Source of the DNA: Tubiluchus corallicola
Lineage: Eukaryota; Animalia; Priapulida
NCBI GenBank assembly: GCA_030141605.1
Contig: JAQGDQ010000080.1
Coordinates: 186,001 to 250,000 of the forward strand
Direction of reading: 5' to 3'
DNA: 64,000 bases
In this document: positions 34,901 to 45,420 of the stretch, piece by piece
How positions within the stretch are numbered: position 1 is the first letter of the stretch
Layout of the letters: each line of letters starts with the position of its first letter
The notes under the pieces: model-generated
The model's input: only the letters and a program-made list of their open reading frames with translations
Databases searched by the model: none
What the model was told of the DNA's origin: nothing
Made by a program: the position numbers and the translations under genes

Positions 34901-37601
34901 TTTGTTTATGATATGGTGCAAAATGTTCATTGATTTTTGTCATTGATGAATTGTGTGTCTGACTTTATCCAATCACTTTCTATTTCACATTTGTTTAAGA
35001 AGACTGATAGCTGATCATATTAGCGATAACTTTTCTGTCTTTTAATATTATTTTTTATTTAAGTGACATTGAATGTTTATTACATGTGTCTGACATCTTT
35101 TAGCTTCTGTATCCAAGGCCTAAAACAATATACCACAGACAACACTCACACACGCTGTAAAATTCTAAATGTCTTCTAACAAAAATAATTTCATAATTCT
35201 ATAATGCCATCGTAATAAGGTAATCACTTTTTATTTTTTTTCAACTTTTTTGTTGCTATGCAGCCCAAACGACACCTGACTACACCATACTATTTCATGT
35301 GTTTCTGTGCTTTTAGTAAACACACAGTTTTTATTTTATAGGTCATTATCATCAACACGAACATTGGAAAACCCACTTATACTAAAAAAAAGTGAAAGTG
35401 AAAAAAGTGATATTTCTTTATTTGAAAAAATGCCATTTGGAATTGAAAACCGTTTGAATGAGTCTGTGATGAATATGCAGATAGCACAGCAGAAATTACG
35501 AGATTTCGATGTCAACATCAGGTGAAAACCCGTACTCTCTCTATAGATAGATGACTTAGTTTTAAATGTTTGTACTTCAGAACAGTCTTAGGTATAAAAA
35601 GGGTATTGTTGCTAAGTTAGAAATAGATTTGCATACTGAATCAGACAATAAGTGATTTCTCTTTCTGATAAGTGTGCTGTATTTCCATTTAGGCTTTTCA
35701 GGATCTTTAATATTCTTTTATACATGCTTCAGCCTCAAAGAGAATTTAATGTCTGAGCTTGTCAAGCGAACAAAAGATGCTGAAGCTGTCAGCCAACAAT
35801 ACCAAGAAACACTGGCTGGTTTGGAAACTGTAAGTGTGAGCTCTAACTAAGATGTTTAATTTCAAAATATCCCAGTGTGAGTGCTCGCAGAGTACTGCAT
35901 TTATGTCTCAGTGTTAACGTAATTTTCAACTGCTATTTGACCTTTACATTAATGCATTGCATTATTAAAAAGGCAAAAATTTTGGTTGCATTTCGCTTCT
36001 GATTCTTACTATCTTAAACAGAATGAAAAGAAAAGAAAACCTGTGCACCTTTTCATAGTCTTGTAGTGGATTTTTAAATCACTAGTATTTTAGATTAGAT
36101 GCATGATATCTTTAAAGAAGATGTGATCCTACTTCCACTTTTGAATCCATATCTTAAACAGTATTTATCTGGCACGGAAATACTTTTTATTACTTTTCAT
36201 CAAATAATATATTTCATATTATGCATTGTTTAGGAATTGAAGAAAATAAAGGCAGATTTGGTCATGGCAAAGAAAGGCTTGAGTGCAACAGAGCTGAAGG
36301 GTACTAGGTGCACTGAAGAAAAAGAACTACATCACAGGTTCCAGTTGAATGAATTACTTTGTCGTTTAACGTATACACTTATTTACTGAGTCTCATTAAA
36401 AACAATTCTGATTTTCTGTTCTGAACTGGAAGCTCTAAGTGTTGTTTTAAAAAAGTTTTATGCTTTTGATTTTTTAACAGCTAGCACAAATGAGTATTCA
36501 CATCCTGTAAGAATAATGATGTAGATGTACACTGCATGGATTTATAATAATATTCTAACTGGTTTCCATTTGCCTTGTACATTTCACAAATGAGTACAAA
36601 TGTGAATTTTTTTACAAATGTACAAATGAGTACAATTTTTTAATTGTGTTTTTTTGTAATGTGCTGTATTGAACGCTGATTGCTTGAAATAAATAGCATA
36701 AATAAAATAACAGGTAAATTAAACATTTTGCATTCTATTTTTATAGAGAATTGCAGCAAGATATGAAAACAGTACAGCATAGGATTTCGTCACTGAAGAG
36801 GCAAAGCATGGAAGCTGAAAAGCTTTACTGTCTTGCACATACAAATGCACGAACTAAGTATATTTAGTTTGACATTATGTTTGTTGTTGTCTATAAAACA
36901 TTAGTGACCTTTGGGTGAACTGAGGGCATAATCAAAATGAGTTTGATCATAACACAGAATTTACCATTATATTTTGCACTTCCAGCATATATGTATAAAT
37001 ATTGTCATATTTTCTTTTGAGCTTTTGCAGGTTCTTTCGTGTATTTTTAACAAACATACTATTATACTTTATCACCATTTCAGGGTAGAGAAGTTGGAAG
37101 CTGAATTGTCTGTTTTACATGAGAAACGAACTGAGTTACAAACAAAACTGTATATACTGACCAAAAATCGACATGAACTAGAGGTAAGAAAGTGGTTTAG
37201 ATTCTGCAAATGTTTGTTTGTTTTATTAGGAGGACAAGATAAAGGTGCTAGTCTTCTTATCTCTTGTGTGTTACCTATGCTAAAAATAATTTGTTTTTTC
37301 TAATAGTGGTTGAATATTACTGTTCAGACTGTAAACTAGATTTATAAAAAGGACATTTCAGTTTAATCATAAACCATTCTGAACTGAAATTTCTGTGGTA
37401 AAGTTTGGAATGACATTGATTTTTTTGTAAACTAAAATGTTTCTACAATATGAAAACTAAAATTTTTTAGCTGCACCATCAGTTCCTATCACGAAGGTTA
37501 ACATTTAATTTGAATTTAACTCACTCTGAAATTTTGAATAGTTTATAGAATAATAAAAGAGTATTATTATTATCATTATGATTATGATGATGATGATGAT
37601 T

Positions 37602-37636
<35 letters not shown>

Positions 37637-40600
37637 TATTATTATTATTATTTTATTTTGCATTGCAACTGATACAGCCATAGGCAATATTATTATAATT
37701 CAATAGGCATGTAATTTTTACAGTATAAATGTCATAGGAATGAATACTTTACGAACTATCTAATTTATTCCAGATAGCAATTGATGGTGTAATTAAAAAA
37801 ATTAGATTTTGTATTGTAAAAAAATTTTAGTTTACAAAGAAAACTTAATGCAATTTAAGCTTCATTACAGAAATTTCAGTTATTAAGCGAAAATGTTCTG
37901 TTTTATATAAATCTTATTTAGACTGTATTCTGTTTACAGTGTTAAAAATCTTATGTATTATTAGGCCCAGTTACATGAAGAAAGGGAGAAAATGAACATG
38001 AAGCTGAAACAAGAACTTAAGAGTAATGTACCTAGTGTTCGACGTTCAGAACCATGTTACAACAGGTGTGTTACTTATGTAACGTTTTTTTAAATCAAAT
38101 AGGACATGTATCTGACAGGTGTTTAAAAATACTTCCTTTAGTGTATTTGCATGAAAAACATTGTCTGTACTTGCCAAAAATGCTATATTAAATGCATGAT
38201 TGTAAAATTTATTTTTTATTTGCATTCAGAACTTTTCAACGTTTTTAGATACAGTGCAAAAACAGTTTTAATAGAAGAAGGGCACATAATACAAAGACTG
38301 TAAACTTAATTAAAGATGGAAAATCTACGTACAAAGGCTGGAAATTTAATTAAAGATTGAAAATCTACGTACAAAGGCAGGAAACTTAATTAAAGATGGA
38401 AAATCTACCTAACATTTAGTTTGCAAAAATAACTTTCTAACATGTGTAAACCTGAGCGAGTGAAACGTCATGTGAGATGTCTATCAACTTTGCATTCATG
38501 GTTCCAGTTTTCTGGTAAATTTATGGATAAGCTAAATAAAACATAATAATTTGACTTTTATGTTTTATGTATTGTTTTACTAGACAAACTGAAAGTGAAA
38601 CTCTGGAATTCCAGAAAAAGTGGATCGAAAGTGAATTAGAAAGAGTTTTAAATGAACGAAAACAAATGTATCAGTTACAGAAGGTATACACGGTTGCTTT
38701 TCGAAACCATTAAATAATTATAAAAAGTAAGAGGTTCAAACTTTCAATTGTCAGAATTACCAAATATCAGATGTAATAGTTCACAATATCTTGAACAGCT
38801 TATGCAACTAAATGTTTAGTTGCATTAACAGCTGTACGTTGCATAAAACATATTACATGCAATGCAGTTACATTGATGTGACTCTTAATTGCCAATGTAT
38901 TTATCTAGATTATCATTTGAGACATGTTTTTCTGTTGATTGTTGGAAGTTAACTTATTGTTTAATAATAATCTGCTTAAAACTAAGATTTACAAAATGGT
39001 TTTTTAATGATTTTTTAGTCTTGTAAAATTTTAACATGCTGTTTTGGAAGAGGGCTATGAATGCAAATGCATCATAAGTTTTTTATGTATGCTGTATTGA
39101 ACAAAATTTACAGGAATGATGATGTAATTTTGCAGAACCTACTGAATAGAGAAGAGATGATTTCAAAGAAGGAGGCTTTACTCAAAGAGAAGGAAGATTT
39201 GGAGATGAAGAAGCTAAGAAGCAGTCAGAAGATGAGTGCGGTACAGTTGTTATTATTGTTTTACACCTTCATGATTTTGATAATGTGTGTAGAATAAAAA
39301 TACAACTAGCAATATCCCACAGAAACATTTTTCTTGAAGTCTTTCTCACAACTGTGAAAAGTCTCCCACTCTAATAGGACATACCGTATAGTTTTGCTGA
39401 ACAATAGTCAGTAATGCATAATATTCTCCTACATTTAGACAAACTTGCATCAGTCATAAAATAAAATACAAAACAACTTAATTACTATTATATAATTTTT
39501 TCTGTGAACCTGGCACTAACTAAACTTGGTCAAATCCATAATTTACAGTTTTTGGGTTATATGCACTGTCTTGTTATCAAGCTGCAAAATAATGTAGCTA
39601 TCATACAGCTTTTAGTAGGACAAATTAGCATAACATCCAGCTTGACATTAGATGTCATGCTAATAGATGATTAGCAGTGAAAAACAAAAGTTCTCTTATA
39701 GTATTTTGTTATGCAGATTATTATAGGTGTCTTGTATACACAGAAAAAAATGGAGCCTACTATAACAATAGGCCAGATCCTGCATCCTTAATTTCTCAAT
39801 TGAAAAGCAAAATTGCGTAGTTCTGTTTCCGTGTAAGGGTGATCAGATCTTTTTTGATAAACCTTTTACACTTGTAGACTTCTAACACTTTCCTTCTCAT
39901 TTTAGTAGTGTCCTATGTTTCTGAAAGCTATTTTCCAGAATTTTAGGTGTATCCCAAACTGGAGCTCTTAACGAAGTACACCACGATTATAACACTCTGG
40001 AAAGATCAAGTGTTTAGATGATACGTACTATGCTAGTCAATACATTAATTCGTAAAATTAATACTTTTAACATAAATCCATAGAAGGAAAAGCCGAAATG
40101 CCAGTGTTTGGCTAAAATAACAAACGCTTCTGTCCACACAAGCAGAAATATTTTTCTGCTTTCTTTACTGTTTTTTTGGTGAAATTCATTTCTTTATTGT
40201 GAAATTTTGTCAAAAGACTGGTGCACTTTAACCTGCTTTTATAAACATTGATAATGATATTTTTAGGAACTAGTCACTATCTCTGAAAGTCTTGATGATG
40301 TTAAAACCAGACTATCATTGGGAAAGCGAAAACTGTATAATCGCAAAGAAAGAGATAAGGCAAAGATAGCCGAAGACATCAAAAATCTTCAAAAAGAAAA
40401 GGATGAACTTTATGACAAGAAGATCGAGTTAGAAGAGCAACTTAACAGAGGCAGTGTACTGACAGCTCTTGAAGAAAGATGGTAAAAGAAGCACGTTTAA
40501 GAATAATTAGTACCGATTAGATAAAAATGTTAAATTGTAAGCAACCATAAATTTTTTTTTAATATATTTCACTTTTTGCAGCTGAAAAAATGTTTTGTTT

Positions 40601-43600
40601 AAGTTCTGCTATTTTGCCAGAGAGCTGTTTTTATATCCCTCTGCATTTTTAGCTTCCAAGAAGTGGCAAAGTGCATGATTTATATTTTTGTGTTATGTGG
40701 AAAGATAATAAAAGAAGGGCACCAGTGTACATGGTTCTAGAGCATTTTTGATGGATGACTGTGTGCTTTATAAATTGTGCAGGTAACTTAAACTATCATG
40801 CTGATGATGATGATTTATTTTTTAGTGAACAATACATTGCTTCTCATCACTCAAGTTATGTCTCATTATGGTACAATTTTTCTGTTAAATACAAAAAAAA
40901 ACAAATCTTACAAAAGTACACAGTTATCAAATGGTCAGTAGCAATAGCCAATATTAACTGAGAGGTATTCTATGCCACACGTTTTAAGCATAAATAGGCA
41001 TATTTTATTTTTTTAAGGCTGTTAGAACTTGAAGAAGCAGTTGCAGCAGTTGATGTAGCTATTGATTTCAAAACTAAACGTGTTCATCTGGAAGAGCTGA
41101 ATCTCAGGAAGTCTCAAGTTTTAAAACAGGTAGGATTGGCTAAATTAGCTAATGAATTACATTTTTTTATATCTCTGCAATTACAGTTTTTAAAATATTG
41201 CTGACTTTCTATATATTGATTACTTTTATGATAAAAAATGAATTAAACCTTTGGAGTTTGCATATTTATATTTATAGATGCACATGTTACATATATTCAT
41301 AGATATTTTTCTTTGCTTCTAGAATCAGAATAGCTTTGTGAACAGACTTCATGATTTGGATGTTAATGACCTAACTCGATTGCTTGAATGCTACTTTGAA
41401 AAGGTTGTGACGTTGCGAGAGGCAATGCAACAAAAGCAGTTAGAAATTATGCAAGTTAATGTATGCAGACCTACTGAAAATTTATTTTATTTTTATTGAT
41501 TTTATTGACACCCATATATAACATTTACATTTAAAATAACAAAAATATAGAAACAGTATGTGATAAATAACTAATGATACATATAATGGCTGATATTAAT
41601 TTTTATTCTTTTAAATCATTCACAAGTATGTTGCTTCACTATAATTGTTTTACTTATTTTATTTAAAACAGCACTGAAGGCAAAATATGATTGGGTGCCA
41701 AAATGTAGTTTAGACATTGCTGATAACCATATCATATTTAAAAACTGAGTAAAAGCTTTGTACAAGCAAAAGTAAATTGTAGAAATTTTAGCATGACGTC
41801 ACCGATCTCTGGCGCACTGAACAATACACGCGCATATGCAGTAAAACACAAGTGAAATGCTACTGTATCAGAATGTTTTGCAAATTACACCAGACTAAAC
41901 ATTACAGACGGCTAAAAATAATTTTTGAATATATCAAGTAAGGAGGCAATCAGTTTACTTATGATTATCATCTATAAACTATATGAGATCATCCACAGTC
42001 TAGGCTGTACGAACAGTAGGTGTGCCAAGTACTTCCATGAATCCAGTCATGCAGCTAGCTTTAACTTTCTGCTTCTCATGAACAGTAATGCTATTACGGC
42101 AGTTTACTGCAGCCTGGCAGAACAATAATTACGGTAATACATATAACCTTTCTAGCTAAATTTCATGAAAACCATGTTTTAGTGTTTTGTAGTAAGGCAT
42201 TCCAATCCTCTTCGATTGCAGATAGGATAGAACATCCTTTCCTTATGCCTGAAATAAAACCGGTTGGGAAGCAACATGCAGAATAAAGATGCCCGACTGC
42301 ACAAAAATTTACCACAGTCAAATTTTTGAGTATAACAATATTTTTGACATAAAGCTTAACTTTAAATCTTTCTTCTCTCAGTGGGTCCTCATTTACTCAT
42401 TTTACAAAAATGCTAGGTTTTTAAGTGTCTAAAAAGGAGCGCTTTTTAATGTGCTGTATGAAAGGCCCTTCTACTTAATTTTGAGTTTTCTTTTCCTTCT
42501 GAACCATTACACGTCTGTTCAGGCTTAAGTCTTCGCCAGTAAAGTTCAATTGGTAATACCTACCAAGCTGCTTTGCTGTCGAGTTTTTTCTCGTTGATCA
42601 GGCAACCATGCCTAGGAATTCACTGTTCTTTTGCAATTTTGTCTGTTAGAAAATGTAAAAATGACTTTTCTTTGTCAGAAGCATTGTTGGAACAGCACGT
42701 CGGACACAAGGCAGCCTGACAGCGAGACATTTAATATGCAGAAATAATTAGAAAACAAAAAATCAACCACAATAAAGCAGTAGCATGTGACACAAGTGAT
42801 GTCACGCTAAAAATTTTGCATGCTGTACCTCATTACTAAGATTTTCAACTATCCCATATGGTATATTGAAGTGGTTGTGGACAAAGCTATGATTTAAGCA
42901 TAACATTAAAAATGCCTTCAAAATATCAGCATTTGCCTCATTGTAATTTTTCAGTTTACAGTTTAAATTAGTGAATGTTGCTTTATTAAATACTTCTATT
43001 AGATTGAAGTTGGAGAGAAGCAAAAAAGAATTAGTGAACTGGAATTCTCTCTAAGCCGTAGTGCAGCAGAACTTGATAGAAAAGTTACACAAATTCAAGC
43101 TGATTACGAGATGAACACTAATGGTCTTCTTCATTATGTCCACAAATTGGAGAGTGAAAAAGCTCTTGCTGAGCAAAGGTATTGATTAAAAAAGAATTTT
43201 TTATATGATGCTCCATTTTTTTATGTATTAGCAGTTTTGGTGAAAGAGCATTATATAAAAATAAGACGCTTTCTTTGCTTTGTGATTTTAACAGATGTTA
43301 TTTTTGTAGAATAGAAGAACTAGAGTCAAAGCTACATAACTCTGAATCGATGCGTTGGAGACACAAAAAGCAAGGAAAAGAGCATTTTAGGGAAGTTAAT
43401 GATCTGACACCTATAGGTGAGCACTTCAGGCCATACAAAAAAACTGTGCTATATATCTGCACTCATTTTAACATCAGGTTTGTCATTACAATGTCTTTAC
43501 TTGACTCAAATTCAGTGTAAATCAGCCTTGTAAATCCAGCTGTTCAAAACACGGTGGAATTGCGGCTGCCAAAAAGAATTGCCAATATATTGCCAATACA

Positions 43601-45420
43601 ATGACCTTTTAACATAAAAACAATGATTTATTAGTGATTTTAAGAATTGCAAGCAAACATGTCAATCTACTGATTAGCATAAACAGACTTTAAAGAAACA
43701 TTAAGTTTTTTTACATGTCAATTATGTGTGTTTGTAATGTATCCATGTAGTACTACAACCTGCCATCTGCGTCTCAGTTGATAAACTCACTGACTGGTTA
43801 ATAAAGTGATCTCATATTGGTTGATGACGCAACATGGATTGCTGTTCACGCTCAGTAAAGGTGTTAAACTGCTATGTTGTAGAAACATTCAAAATTAGTA
43901 CATTTGATTTTTAACAAAGTCAACTTTATCAGAATAATGCAGGTTTATATCTGGCAGGAGATATGTCTTTCAGACATCACTTTCTAACGATGATTAACTA
44001 CAAAAGTTGTTGGGAATCACATTCCATCCCCGATTAAATCAATTTTGCGAGGATATGATTGGTTTTGATATATTTTATTCCATTAGCAAGCCCAAATTAG
44101 TGTGCTATTCATATGGTATTAAAGTTATTAATCATGTATTTTGTTTCTAGGTGAAATTGAAAATACTGGCATACTGGTAACAGCCAGTTTGCCATTGAAA
44201 GGAAAATGGGACGAATTATCCTTGAAACAATATTCACAGTCCATTGATCACATTCACTGTACAAACATAAGTGAATTTGATCCTGTAATTGATAGTGAGG
44301 ACAAATCAGATAAGTGGGCACCCATTGAAATGTCATCTCGCCCATGCACAGAGACTTCATTTTCGGAAGCTTCATCGTCCAGCAGAAAGCACCGTGTTCA
44401 AGAAAAAGTAAGACAAGAAAGTAAACTGCAACCTGCATCTGTCGCAGATGATGTGCCAAAAGAACCAGATATGTTGGAACAGCCATCTCCTTTAATGTCT
44501 CTTTTAGAAAAAGGTGATTTCTTAAATAATGTTAATGGTACATAAAAGTCATTTAGTTTTTCGATACATTTGTTGGTATGCTTGTTTTTATTGGCTCACA
44601 CGCTTTTCTCTTTCTTTAAATGATTTGTAATTTATTGTAATTTTTTGTTATTTCTTGTCAGGAAGTACAGTTAGCAAAGTGGAGACTTCACCTAAATGCT
44701 CAACTCCTGTCAAACTGCCACGAAAGCAGCTGAGACAGTTATCAAAAGAGGAACTAGACATGAGGCAATCCAAATGGAGTGATAGGTCCATCGTAAGAGG
44801 TGAATTATTTACCATATTTCTAAGTCTGAATAAAGCATTTATGAGTGCAAAATTTTTTGATACTTGAATGGTATAATGGCCTTGTGCCTGTTCTTCATCT
44901 TTCAAAGTAGAAAGTTTTGCATAACATAGTTTTGCTACTTATGCCAAATACTACTTTAATATTGGTACTATGTTATTTTAACAAAAATGCTTTTAAATCC
45001 ATTTTGCAGGTACTTTCTAGATAGATCATTGTTATTTTAAAAACCTGTACTATTAATGTTTTTCTGAGTGTGTTTACATCGAATTTATGAATTATTGTTT
45101 TCATAGTCATTATCACCATTATTATATAATTTGGTTAAAGCAAAGCCATCTTTTTTGAGGAACTTATACAACTTTGTAGAATTCAATTTTGTACAATTTC
45201 AAAAATTAAATCTTACAGTGCAGTACAGTTAAATAAATTCTGTGTTTTCGCTTCCAAATTTATTTTGGGAAAGCAAGTGCATAACTGTTTTATATAATGC
45301 ATTTTAACGGCCAGGGCAATGAAGCTAACGAGTTTTGGATTCTAAATTTAATCATTTAATTATAGCTGTGTTGTAATTTGCTTTTCAGATTCAATTGAGG
45401 TATGTAAGGAAAATACCTAA
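226..45420 (+). CDS. KIF27: Kinesin-4 family protein KIF27/KIF7 (Costal2-like), multi-exon, 5' part outside window
   Basis: Hand-spliced GT-AG exons in one frame: 226-372, 3090-3164, 3318-3413, 30163-30284, 30594-30695, 31678-31862, 32247-32382, ~33537-33680, 33869-34000, 34191-34268, 34607-34824, 35342-35521, 35733-35829, 36234-36337, 36747-36857, 37084-37183, 37965-38065, 38584-38683, 39136-39240, 40267-40481, 41018-41129, 41323-41460, 43003-43178, 43310-43416, 44151-44537, 44662-44799, 45389-45420 (TAA). Motor motifs: [12 protein letters not shown] (switch I), FVDLAGSER (switch II), [19 protein letters not shown]. Stalk: [31 protein letters not shown]. The tail [14 protein letters not shown]...DSIEV resembles the KIF27 C-terminus as I recall it. 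Confidence 0.9.
5660..7874 (-). CDS. Nested gene A: signal peptide-CGW + ubiquitin-like domain + EF-hand pair + putative GPI-anchor signal
   Basis: Exons (minus): 7874 (or 7841)-7748 [31 protein letters not shown]; 7049-6816 Ubl; 6567-6316 [24 protein letters not shown]...AFQEADTN; 5931-5660 [17 protein letters not shown]...[28 protein letters not shown]-stop. All introns are phase 1 GT-AG and the frame stays open. Confidence 0.85.
6816..7049 (-). CDS. Ubiquitin-like domain exon of gene A
   Basis: [71 protein letters not shown] aligns by eye without gaps to ubiquitin (MQIFVKT...IPPDQQRL...[22 protein letters not shown]). There is no C-terminal diglycine. The exon is symmetric phase 1-1. Confidence 0.88.
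9665..10491 (-). CDS. Intact LINE ORF1p-like exon (coiled coil + RRM + CTD) with Ser/Thr-rich leader; probable terminal exon of gene B
   Basis: A long pyrimidine tract and AG (10493-10492) open a frame reading [20 protein letters not shown]...MKGLPPG.... It continues [23 protein letters not shown]...RRRAILVRF...[13 protein letters not shown]...[10 protein letters not shown]...VHSLDDLNK, the pattern of L1-type/CR1-L2 ORF1 proteins (Transposase_22/FP25K-like). I see no ORF2 downstream. Confidence 0.75.
10640..11150. mobile_element. Probable non-autonomous transposon fragment
   Basis: Abrupt GC-richer block after a (TA)n run inside an AT-rich intron, with no credible protein. Termini not resolved. 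Confidence 0.3.
11958..14110 (-). CDS. Nested gene B: signal peptide-CGW + Pro/Gly-rich segment + EF-hand pair (may extend to 9665 by splicing)
   Basis: Exons: 14110-13924 [44 protein letters not shown]...; 12593-12387 [24 protein letters not shown]...AFTTADHN; 12061-11958 [34 protein letters not shown]-stop. An alternative phase-1 donor (AGAG|GTTTGT) lies after 11966. Confidence 0.85.
13290..13423 (+). mobile_element. Probable 3' end of a non-LTR retrotransposon
   Basis: Small hairpin (AGCCCAAGTGGGCT), then AATAAA and a (TCAA)n tail, the usual layout of LINE 3' ends. Confidence 0.35.
15050..15760. mobile_element. CpG-rich repeat-like block, probably non-autonomous transposon
   Basis: Higher GC and CpG content with recurrent CGCGA/TCGCA motifs. 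The four overlapping short ORFs have no recognisable protein. Confidence 0.3.
16905..17037. repeat. (TAA)n/(TAATAG)n microsatellite
   Basis: Directly visible tandem array. Confidence 0.95.
17720..17949 (-). CDS. Chitin-binding peritrophin-A domain exon of gene C (absent from ORF track)
   Basis: Six cysteines with ChtBD2 spacing and the hallmark motifs [15 protein letters not shown] and CxxxxxxxC. Confidence 0.88.
17720..19420 (-). CDS. Nested gene C: signal peptide-CGW + EF-hand pair + chitin-binding type-2 (peritrophin-A/CBM14) domain
   Basis: Exons: 19420-19321 [33 protein letters not shown]; 19005-18766 ...[20 protein letters not shown]...AFTDADVN; 18271-18182 [30 protein letters not shown]; 17949-17720 [76 protein letters not shown]-stop. 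All introns are phase 1. Confidence 0.88.
19941..20044. repeat. (TA)n microsatellites including a perfect 44-bp palindrome
   Basis: (TA)n run from ~19941. 20001-20044, TTGCTCTTCT(AT)12AGAAGAGCAA, is self-complementary. Confidence 0.9.
21815..25278 (-). CDS. Nested gene D: signal peptide-CGG + four EF-hands (duplicated pair)
   Basis: Exons: 25278-24945 MAFSLT...[22 protein letters not shown]...[25 protein letters not shown]...DTDID; 22783-22529 [17 protein letters not shown]...C...[13 protein letters not shown]...VDTN; 21927-21815 [26 protein letters not shown]...FC-stop. The joins rebuild 12-residue EF loops [12 protein letters not shown] and [12 protein letters not shown]. Confidence 0.85.
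21979..22183. mobile_element. MITE with ~45-bp TIRs and TTA target-site duplication (PIF/Harbinger-like)
   Basis: TTA|AGCGGCGTTTATCAGACATCCGGAATGCGTTGCGC ... GCGTAACGCATTCCGGATGTCTGGTAAATGACGCT|TTA. Confidence 0.85.
25603..26526 (+). CDS. LINE ORF1 (gag-like, CCHC zinc knuckles)
   Basis: [28 protein letters not shown] and a degenerate third knuckle ([15 protein letters not shown]). The annotated start is GTG, so it is probably truncated. Confidence 0.8.
   Translation: MSGKQTVCQSDFETRISQLSDKLEALDNKMSCSSKPLWSDIVSMPRAENSAKLSTEYKSDDKMKLTKTIYDPSRTVIISNVNDKEIVKSNFSIEKQLSHHFPLTQFDNIRKTAKGMIQVQLKHKEEAKLMIDTWLLSYLGTETSARWPLQNTIGLLRDCDLSLTDDQLLDEISKHYSDVKVDRFKKKDGTVLTLAKVYFNSADDLETAIFDGIPIGNMYCQVEKFIVANKPVQCFNCYKYNHVAKWCKSKTVCGKCSSSHKTSNCSNERVKYSNCGGAHEAWYRECWKYKEALSMRESNKTPSSNIQ
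26537..28384 (+). pseudogene. Disrupted LINE ORF2 (APE endonuclease + linker + C-terminal CCHC-like region; RT missing)
   Basis: Endonuclease motifs [35 protein letters not shown] and CDH. There is an in-frame TGA at 27350-27352 and a frameshift near 27405-27430. RDKPW is followed by KSVGP, which is joined near 27986 directly to the C-terminal region [12 protein letters not shown]...[17 protein letters not shown]. Confidence 0.85.
30163..45420 (+). CDS. KIF27: KIF27-like C-terminal motor, coiled-coil stalk and tail exons
   Basis: [41 protein letters not shown] / [34 protein letters not shown] / [11 protein letters not shown], then coiled-coil exons and a final exon [10 protein letters not shown]-stop. 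Confidence 0.9.
32607..33001. mobile_element. MITE with ~26-bp TIRs in TTAA/TWA context
   Basis: TTAAGGTTTTGATACACCAAAGCATCCAG ... CTGGATGCTTTGGTGTATCATAGGCTTAA, with internal GCATCCAG/CTGGATGC-type repeats. Confidence 0.8.
37321..37925. repeat. Foldback: ~160-bp imperfect inverted arms around an (ATG)n/(CAT)n palindromic microsatellite
   Basis: The reverse complement of 37321-37490 (GATAGGAACTGATGGTGCAGCTAAAAAATT...TTTTAGTTTACAAA...CAGAAATTTCAGTT) matches 37773-37925 (GATAGCAATTGATGGTGTAATTAAAAAAATT...TTTTAGTTTACAAA...CAGAAATTTCAGTT). Confidence 0.8.
38291..38410. repeat. 40-bp minisatellite x3
   Basis: ACAAAGGCTGGAAAyTTAATTAAAGATkGAAAATCTACGT-like unit repeated three times. Confidence 0.9.

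Noticed and set aside
38291-38410. Regular 40-bp repeats, and the repeats at 60050-60406 and 61830-62330, as CRISPR-like arrays
   Set aside because: Head-to-tail minisatellites without unique spacers, in a eukaryotic context with no cas genes.
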